From an uncultured Oscillospiraceae bacterium (GTDB lineage Bacteria > Bacillota > Clostridia > Oscillospirales > Oscillospiraceae), in assembly GCA_964544505.1 (NCBI GenBank), contig CAZJCA010000002.1, positions 8,234 to 72,233 on the forward strand: a stretch of DNA of 64,000 bases, read 5' to 3'. The notes below the pieces were generated by a model. It was not told where the DNA came from, did not search any database, and saw nothing but the letters and a program-made list of their open reading frames with translations. The position numbers were made by a program, and so were the translations under genes. Position 1 is the stretch's first letter; every line of letters begins with the position of its first letter. Shown here one piece after another: positions 57,653 through 64,000 of the stretch.

Positions 57653-58870
57653 ATGAGCAAGAAACAGTGGAATTTGTCTTATGTTAATGCATATTCCGAA
57701 CTTTCCACCCATATTTCTTCCATTCTCAGCTCTATTTGTCCCATTTTCTCCAATCATCAATACACCGTTTTTCCCGGCTTTTGTGATGTGCACGTGCACT
57801 TCCGAGAGCCGGGTTTTTCTTATAAAGAGACCATCGCCACCGGCTCTGCCGCTGCCGCCCGGGGCGGCTACACTGCTGTGTGCACCATGCCCAACTTAAA
57901 TCCTGTACCTGACAGCGTGGCGCACTTGCAGCAGCAGCTTTCCATCATCGAGAAAGACAGCTGCATCCACATCTACCCCTACGGTGCAATCACTCAGGGG
58001 CAGCAGGGGCTGGCTTTGGCTGATCTGAAAGGCATGGCAGGAAGCGCCATCGCCTTCTCAGATGATGGTCGTGGTGTCCAATCGGAGGAAATGATGGCTC
58101 AGGCCATGGAAAAAGCCAAATCCCTGGGCAAACTGATCGTCGCCCACTGCGAAGACAATTCCCTGCTGCGTGGGGGCTATATCCACGACGGCGTGTATGC
58201 CCGGCAGCATGGACACCGGGGCATTTGCAGTGAAAGCGAATGGGTACAGATTGACCGTGATCTGCGCCTTGCTGAAAAAATTGGCTGTGGCTACCATGTC
58301 TGCCACATTTCCACCAAGGAAAGCGTGGACATCATCCGCAAAGCCAAAGCTCGGGGCGTGGATGTGACCTGCGAAACTGCCCCCCACTACCTTGTGATGG
58401 ACGACAGCTTTCTGCAGGAAGAGGGACGCTTTAAAATGAATCCCCCTCTGCGGGATGCATCCGACCGGGCGGCTCTGATTGAAGGCATCCGGGACGGCAC
58501 CATTGACATGATCGCCACCGACCATGCCCCCCACTCTGCGGAAGAAAAGAGCAGAGGTCTTGAAAAGAGCGCCTTCGGCATTGTGGGCATCGAAACGGCT
58601 TTTCCCATCCTGTACACCCATCTGGTAAAGGCAGGCATTCTCTCCATGGAGCGACTGTTGGAGCTGCTGGTCACCAATCCCAGAAACCGCTTCCAAATCC
58701 CTCTGGGTACAGATTTCTCCATCTGGGATCTGGAAGAATGTTACAAAATCGACCCCAGCGACTTCCTTTCCCTTGGAAAGGCGACTCCTTTTACCAGCTG
58801 GGAAGTATTTGGCAAATGCATTGCCACCGTCTGCGATGGCAAAATCGTACATAACACACAGAAAGAATGA
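57653..58870 (+). CDS. pyrC: Dihydroorotase
   Basis: PGFCDVHVHFREPG, MPN, FSDDG, HCED, CHIST, KMNPPLR, ATDHAPH. Confidence 0.92.
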   Translation: MSKKQWNLSYVNAYSELSTHISSILSSICPIFSNHQYTVFPGFCDVHVHFREPGFSYKETIATGSAAAARGGYTAVCTMPNLNPVPDSVAHLQQQLSIIEKDSCIHIYPYGAITQGQQGLALADLKGMAGSAIAFSDDGRGVQSEEMMAQAMEKAKSLGKLIVAHCEDNSLLRGGYIHDGVYARQHGHRGICSESEWVQIDRDLRLAEKIGCGYHVCHISTKESVDIIRKAKARGVDVTCETAPHYLVMDDSFLQEEGRFKMNPPLRDASDRAALIEGIRDGTIDMIATDHAPHSAEEKSRGLEKSAFGIVGIETAFPILYTHLVKAGILSMERLLELLVTNPRNRFQIPLGTDFSIWDLEECYKIDPSDFLSLGKATPFTSWEVFGKCIATVCDGKIVHNTQKE

Positions 58871-58882
58871 GAGGATACAAAC

Positions 58883-61800
58883 ATGGCAAAAAGAAAAGAT
58901 ATTAAAAAAATCCTGATCATCGGCTCCGGCCCCATCGTCATCGGACAGGCCGCCGAATTTGACTACGCCGGTACCCAGGCCTGCCTTGCCCTGAAAGAAG
59001 AGGGCTATGAAGTGGTACTGTGCAACTCCAACCCTGCCACCATCATGACCGACACCGCCATTGCCGACAAGGTATACATGGAGCCGCTGACACTGGAATA
59101 CATCGCCAAGATCATCCGTTACGAGAGGCCTGATGCCATCGTCCCCGGCATCGGCGGTCAGACAGGCCTGAACCTTGCCATGCAACTGGAAAAGAAAGGC
59201 ATTTTGAAAGAATGTCGGGTAGAACTGCTGGGCACTTCATCCGCCTCCATCGAGCGTGCGGAAGATCGGGAATTGTTCAAAGAGCTGTGTCAGTCCATCG
59301 GTCAGCCCGTCATTCCTTCCGAGATCACCTACTCCATTGAGGAAGCCAAGGCCGCTGCCCTGCGCATTGGCTATCCTGTGGTGCTGCGGCCTGCCTTTAC
59401 TCTGGGCGGCACCGGCGGCGGCTTTGCTTACAGCGAAGAAGAACTGGTGGAAGTGGGCATGAATGCCTTTAAGCTGTCTCCTGTCCATCAGGTGCTGGTG
59501 GAAAAGTCCGTCAAGGGCTATAAGGAGATCGAGTTTGAAGTCATGCGAGACTCCGAAGACCACGCCATCACCATCTGCGGTATGGAAAACATCGACCCCG
59601 TGGGTGTCCACACCGGCGACTCTCTGGTGGTAGCCCCCATTCAGACATTGAGCAAGGAAGACGAAAAAATGCTCAATGACGCTGCCATTGCTCTGATCCG
59701 GGAACTGAAGATCGAAGGCGGCTGCAATGTGCAGTTTGCCCTCCACCCCCACACCAGCGAATACTACCTGATTGAAGTCAACCCCAGAGTATCCCGTTCC
59801 TCTGCGCTGGCTTCCAAGGCTTCCGGCTATCCCATCGCCCGGGTCACTGCCAAGATCGCCGTGGGCATGACCTTGGAAGAGATCGCCATTGCCAACACCA
59901 ACGCCGCTTTCGAGCCCAGCCTTGACTATGTGATCGCCAAGCTGCCCCGCTTCCCCTTCGATAAATTTGCCTCCGCCACCAACCTTCTGGGCACCCAGAT
60001 GAAGGCCACCGGCGAAGTAATGGGCATCGGCTCTACGCTGGAAGAGTGCCTGCTGAAGGGCGTTCGCTCTCTGGAAATCGGTGCCTGCCATTTCCATCTG
60101 CCAAAATTCGACAATCAGACCACCGACGAACTGCTGACCTATATTCAGCAGTTCCGGGATGACAATATCTTCGCCGTAGCAGAACTGCTGCGCCGGGGTG
60201 AAACTGTGGAAAACCTCCACGCCATCACCCAGATCACCCCCTTCTTCCTGGAATCCATCGCTAAAATCGTGGCAATGGAGAAAAAATTAAAAGAAAACCG
60301 GGATGACGACACTTTCCGAGCAGCAAAAATCATGGGCTTCAGCGATAAGTTTATTGCAAAGCTCTGGGGTATCAAGGAGATCGACATTTGGGCACGGCGC
60401 AAGGAAATGGATCTGTTCCCCGCCTTCCGAATGGTGGACACCTGCCACACAAACGCCTATATCCCCTACTTCTACTCCTCCTATCAGGGAGAAAACACCT
60501 CCATCCGCACAGACAAGAAAAAGATTCTGGTGCTGGGTGCAGGCCCCATCCGCATTGGTCAGGGCGTGGAATTTGATTATTCCACTGTCCATGCCGTCAT
60601 GACCATCCGCAAGGCAGGCTACGAGGCCATAATCGTCAACAACAACCCCGAAACTGTGTCTACCGACTATACCACCGCCGATAAGCTGTACTTTGAGCCG
60701 CTGACCACCGAAGATGTGATGAACATCATCGAGTTTGAAAAGCCCGACGGCGTTATTGCCTCTCTGGGCGGTCAGACCGCCATCAATCTGGCACAGCCCC
60801 TGACCGACCGTGGGGTAAAGATCATCGGTACCGACTGCGCCGCCATTGACCGGGCAGAAGACCGGAACGCTTTTGAAAATCTGCTGGAAAGCCTGAACAT
60901 TCCCCGTGCCAAGGGTCGTGCCGTTACCAAAATTGAGGATGGCATCGCCGCTGCCGCCGAGATCGGCTATCCGGTGCTGGTGCGCCCCAGCTTCGTGCTG
61001 GGCGGCAGAGCCATGCAGATCGTGGCTGACGAGCAGCAGCTGCGCCATTACCTGCGCACCGCCGTCGAAATCGACGAGGACAAGCCTGTTCTGGTGGACA
61101 AGTATATTGAAGGCCGGGAAGTGGAGATCGATGCCATCTGCGATGGCCGGGATGTATTCGTCCCCGGCATCATGGAACTGGTAGAGCGCACCGGTGTTCA
61201 CTCCGGCGACTCCATCTCCGTCTACCCCTCCTTCTCCATCTCCAACAAGGTCAAGGGCCTGATCCTGCAGTACGCCAAAAAGCTGGGTCTGGGCATTGGC
61301 ATTGTGGGTCTGTTCAACATCCAGTTCATTGTGGACAAGGATGATAATGTGTTCATCATCGAGGTCAACCCCCGTTCCTCCCGAACCGTCCCTTTCCTGT
61401 CCAAGTCCACCGGCTACTCTCTGGCTGATATCGCCACCGAGGTCATTCTGGGCAAATCTCTGAAAGAACAGGGCATTTTCGACATCTATCCCGAAGAAAA
61501 GAAGCGCTGGTATATCAAAGCTCCCGTCTTCTCCTTCAACAAGATCCGGGGGCTGGATGCTTACCTGTCCCCGGAGATGAAGTCCACGGGCGAAGCCATC
61601 GGCTACGACAATACCATGACAAGAGCCTTGTATAAAGCCCTGCAGGCCGCCGGTACCAGACTGCAAAACTATGGCACGGTGCTGGTTACCATCGCCGACA
61701 AGGACAAGGAAGAGGCATTGCCTCTGATCCGCCGATTCTACAATCTGGGCTTCAACATTGAGGCCACTGTCGGCACTGCCAAATTCCTGAAAGAAAACGG

Positions 61801-62047
61801 CATTCGCACCCATGTGCTGCAAAAGATCAGCGAAGGCAGCGACGAGATCCCCAACGCTCTGCGGCAGGGCCACATTGCCTATGTGATCAACACCCGTAAT
61901 CTGGGTTCTGACTCTCAGGACGGCAGCCAGATCCGTCAGATCGCCACCGAGCATAATGTGACCATCTTCACAGCTCTGGACACCGTTAAAGTGCTGCTGG
62001 ATGTGCTGGAAGAAACCACCTTGACCATCTCCACCATCGACGCTTAA
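58883..62047 (+). CDS. carB: Carbamoyl-phosphate synthase large subunit
   Basis: GSGPIVIGQAAEFDYAG, duplicated ATP-grasp halves, EVNPRVSRSSALASKA, C-terminal MGS domain. Confidence 0.97.
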   Translation: MAKRKDIKKILIIGSGPIVIGQAAEFDYAGTQACLALKEEGYEVVLCNSNPATIMTDTAIADKVYMEPLTLEYIAKIIRYERPDAIVPGIGGQTGLNLAMQLEKKGILKECRVELLGTSSASIERAEDRELFKELCQSIGQPVIPSEITYSIEEAKAAALRIGYPVVLRPAFTLGGTGGGFAYSEEELVEVGMNAFKLSPVHQVLVEKSVKGYKEIEFEVMRDSEDHAITICGMENIDPVGVHTGDSLVVAPIQTLSKEDEKMLNDAAIALIRELKIEGGCNVQFALHPHTSEYYLIEVNPRVSRSSALASKASGYPIARVTAKIAVGMTLEEIAIANTNAAFEPSLDYVIAKLPRFPFDKFASATNLLGTQMKATGEVMGIGSTLEECLLKGVRSLEIGACHFHLPKFDNQTTDELLTYIQQFRDDNIFAVAELLRRGETVENLHAITQITPFFLESIAKIVAMEKKLKENRDDDTFRAAKIMGFSDKFIAKLWGIKEIDIWARRKEMDLFPAFRMVDTCHTNAYIPYFYSSYQGENTSIRTDKKKILVLGAGPIRIGQGVEFDYSTVHAVMTIRKAGYEAIIVNNNPETVSTDYTTADKLYFEPLTTEDVMNIIEFEKPDGVIASLGGQTAINLAQPLTDRGVKIIGTDCAAIDRAEDRNAFENLLESLNIPRAKGRAVTKIEDGIAAAAEIGYPVLVRPSFVLGGRAMQIVADEQQLRHYLRTAVEIDEDKPVLVDKYIEGREVEIDAICDGRDVFVPGIMELVERTGVHSGDSISVYPSFSISNKVKGLILQYAKKLGLGIGIVGLFNIQFIVDKDDNVFIIEVNPRSSRTVPFLSKSTGYSLADIATEVILGKSLKEQGIFDIYPEEKKRWYIKAPVFSFNKIRGLDAYLSPEMKSTGEAIGYDNTMTRALYKALQAAGTRLQNYGTVLVTIADKDKEEALPLIRRFYNLGFNIEATVGTAKFLKENGIRTHVLQKISEGSDEIPNALRQGHIAYVINTRNLGSDSQDGSQIRQIATEHNVTIFTALDTVKVLLDVLEETTLTISTIDA

Positions 62048-62056
62048 GGAACTGCC

Positions 62057-62788
62057 ATGAAACAAAGTATTTTTGAAATTCGATCCAATATTCCTTTGAC
62101 GGACTGTGTGTATAAAATGGTGCTGTTGGGCGACACCTCCGCCATCACCGCACCGGGACAATTTGTCAACATTCAGCTTGACCACCATTTTCTGCGCCGC
62201 CCCATCTCCGTCTGCGACTACAATGAAAGTTCCTTGACCATCATCTACAAGGTGGTGGGCAAGGGCACGGAGGCCATGTCTGCCATGCGCCCCGGCGAAA
62301 AGCTGGACATTCTGTCCGGCCTTGGCAATGGCTACGATTTGAGCTGCGCCGGAGATGCCCCCCTGCTCATCGGCGGCGGTGTCGGCGTGCCCCCCATGTA
62401 TCATCTGGCCAAAAAGCTGAGAGAAAGCGGTAAAAATGTTTCCGTCATCCTCGGTTTCAACACAAAATCCGAAATGTTCTTTGAGGATGCGTTCAAGGAT
62501 TTGGGCTGTACCGTCACCGTCACCACTGCCGACGGCAGCTACGGCACAAAGGGCTTTGTCACCAACGCTCTGCCGGAGCATTACACCCACTTCTACGCCT
62601 GTGGGCCGGAGCCCATGCTCAAAGCCCTGTACGCCGCCACCACGACCTCCGGTCAGCTGAGCTTTGAAAAGCGGATGGGCTGCGGTTTCGGTGCCTGCAT
62701 GGGCTGCTCCTGTGAAACCATCACCGGAAACAAGCGGATCTGCAAGGAAGGTCCTGTTCTGCGGAAGGAGGAGATCCTGTGGAAATGA
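62057..62788 (+). CDS. pyrK: Dihydroorotate dehydrogenase electron transfer subunit
   Basis: LRRPISV, GGGVGVPP, CGPEPM, MGCGFGACMGC..C.EGPV. Confidence 0.93.
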   Translation: MKQSIFEIRSNIPLTDCVYKMVLLGDTSAITAPGQFVNIQLDHHFLRRPISVCDYNESSLTIIYKVVGKGTEAMSAMRPGEKLDILSGLGNGYDLSCAGDAPLLIGGGVGVPPMYHLAKKLRESGKNVSVILGFNTKSEMFFEDAFKDLGCTVTVTTADGSYGTKGFVTNALPEHYTHFYACGPEPMLKALYAATTTSGQLSFEKRMGCGFGACMGCSCETITGNKRICKEGPVLRKEEILWK

Positions 62789-63693
62789 AGGTAAACTTAT
62801 GCGGCATTCAGCTGGATAACCCGGTGATCCCTGCTTCCGGCACCTTCGGCTACGGCTATGAATACGCAGAACTCTACGACATCAACTGCCTCGGCACCTT
62901 CTCCTTCAAAGGCACCACCAAAGAGCCTCGCTTCGGCAATCCCACGCCCCGGATCGCAGAATGCACCAGCGGCATGATCAACGCCGTTGGTCTGCAAAAT
63001 CCCGGCGTGGATGCTGTCATCTCCGAAGAACTGCCAAAGCTTGCCAAATGCTTCCACAAGCCGGTCATGGCAAATGTATCCGGCTTTTCTCTGGAAGAGT
63101 ATGCCTATACCTGCGAAAAGCTGGACAAAGAGCCCCAGGTGGGCTGGCTGGAAGTGAATGTTTCCTGCCCCAATGTCCATGGCGGCGGCATGAGCTTCGG
63201 CACTTCCCCGGAAGCCGCCGCAGCGGTGACAAAAGCCGTCAAAGCCGTCACCAAAAAGCCTGTCATCATCAAGCTGTCCCCCAATGTCACGGACATCGTG
63301 TCCATTGCCAAAGCCTGCGAAGAAGCCGGAGCCGACGGCATCAGCCTGATCAACACCATGCTGGGTATGCGCATTGATCTGCGCACCAAAAAGCCCATCA
63401 TTGCCAACACCATGGGCGGCTTCTCCGGCCCTGCCATCTTCCCGGTGGCGGTGCGGATGGTCTATCAGGTGGCGCAGGCTGTCCATATTCCGGTCATCGG
63501 CATCGGCGGCGTTCAAAGCGCCGAGGATGTTCTGGAAATGATGCTGGCAGGTGCAACTGCCGTGGAAGTGGGCGCTGCGAACCTGGTCAATCCCTATACC
63601 TGCCGGGACATTATTGAAGATCTGCCCCGGGTGATGAAAAAGTTCAATATTGAAAATTTGAAAGATATTATAGGAGGCGTCAAAAATGGGTAA
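62779..63693 (+). CDS. pyrD: Dihydroorotate dehydrogenase family 1B catalytic subunit
   Basis: [37 protein letters not shown]. Confidence 0.95.
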   Translation: MEMKVNLCGIQLDNPVIPASGTFGYGYEYAELYDINCLGTFSFKGTTKEPRFGNPTPRIAECTSGMINAVGLQNPGVDAVISEELPKLAKCFHKPVMANVSGFSLEEYAYTCEKLDKEPQVGWLEVNVSCPNVHGGGMSFGTSPEAAAAVTKAVKAVTKKPVIIKLSPNVTDIVSIAKACEEAGADGISLINTMLGMRIDLRTKKPIIANTMGGFSGPAIFPVAVRMVYQVAQAVHIPVIGIGGVQSAEDVLEMMLAGATAVEVGAANLVNPYTCRDIIEDLPRVMKKFNIENLKDIIGGVKNG

Positions 63694-64000
63694 AGATGTG
63701 ATCGTTGCCTGCGACTTTGCATCCAAGGAGGCTACTTTTGAATTCCTGGACAAGTTTACAGGCCGCAAGCCTTTCGTAAAGATCGGCATGGAACTGTACT
63801 ACGCTGAAGGCCCGGAAATCGTCCGCCAGATCAAGGCCAGAGGCCACAAGATCTTCCTGGATCTGAAACTGCACGACATTCCCAACACCGTTAAGAAGGC
63901 TATGGCAGTCCTTAGCCGTCTGGATGTGGACATCACCAACCTCCACGCCGCCGGTACTTCTGCCATGATGGAGGCCGCTCTGGAAGGCCTGACCCGTCCC
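63686..64000 (+). CDS. pyrF: Orotidine-5'-phosphate decarboxylase, 5' part (runs off window)
   Basis: Manual translation [11 protein letters not shown]...VKIGMELYY...[14 protein letters not shown]; GGAGG RBS. Confidence 0.93.
   Translation, partial: MGKDVIVACDFASKEATFEFLDKFTGRKPFVKIGMELYYAEGPEIVRQIKARGHKIFLDLKLHDIPNTVKKAMAVLSRLDVDITNLHAAGTSAMMEAALEGLTRP

Noticed and set aside
57653-57780. Short, AT-rich, atypical N-terminus of dihydroorotase suggesting a pseudogene
   Set aside because: The frame is open from a strong RBS and all metal-binding motifs are intact
1-64000. CRISPR arrays, tRNA/rRNA genes, IS elements, prophage or integrase
   Set aside because: No repeat-spacer periodicity, cloverleaf, terminal inverted repeats or recombinase motifs seen; the only tandem repeats are short coding ones

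Overview
Gene-dense chromosomal window from a Clostridia-class Firmicute. An Oscillospiraceae-like gut anaerobe is my inference from sigma-A promoters, a CIRCE element, a Spo0A family gene and the PTS and pyr gene style. I found no rRNA, tRNA, CRISPR array, integrase or transposase. Most genes are housekeeping or transport: feoAB, clpB, two two-component systems, a GlcNAc-type PTS, a heterodimeric ABC exporter, trkAH and pyrC-carB-pyrK-pyrD-pyrF. Five regions stand out. (1) 867-5740: an AT-richer operon with a SipW-class signal peptidase and three secreted proteins sharing a TasA/CalY-like cleavage motif, with a G11 tract abutting its promoter; candidate phase-variable fibre/pilus system. (2) 22198-28387: a flavinylation locus (NusG-II, Gx, two-domain FMN lipoprotein, ApbE) joined to a minimal RnfC-D-G module plus one divergent RnfA-like CxxC membrane protein, with no RnfE or RnfB; candidate new extracellular electron transfer module. 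(3) 12012-13820: an orphan ~150-nt sRNA that shares an operator with a convergent TetR gene, next to an atypical Spo0A paralog. (4) Leader-encoded controls: a Cys-rich uORF before a CorC/HlyC gene and a GGGC-start leader before the pyr operon. (5) Two tandem multi-OB-fold lipoproteins. All family calls come from motif recognition by eye; no database search was run.
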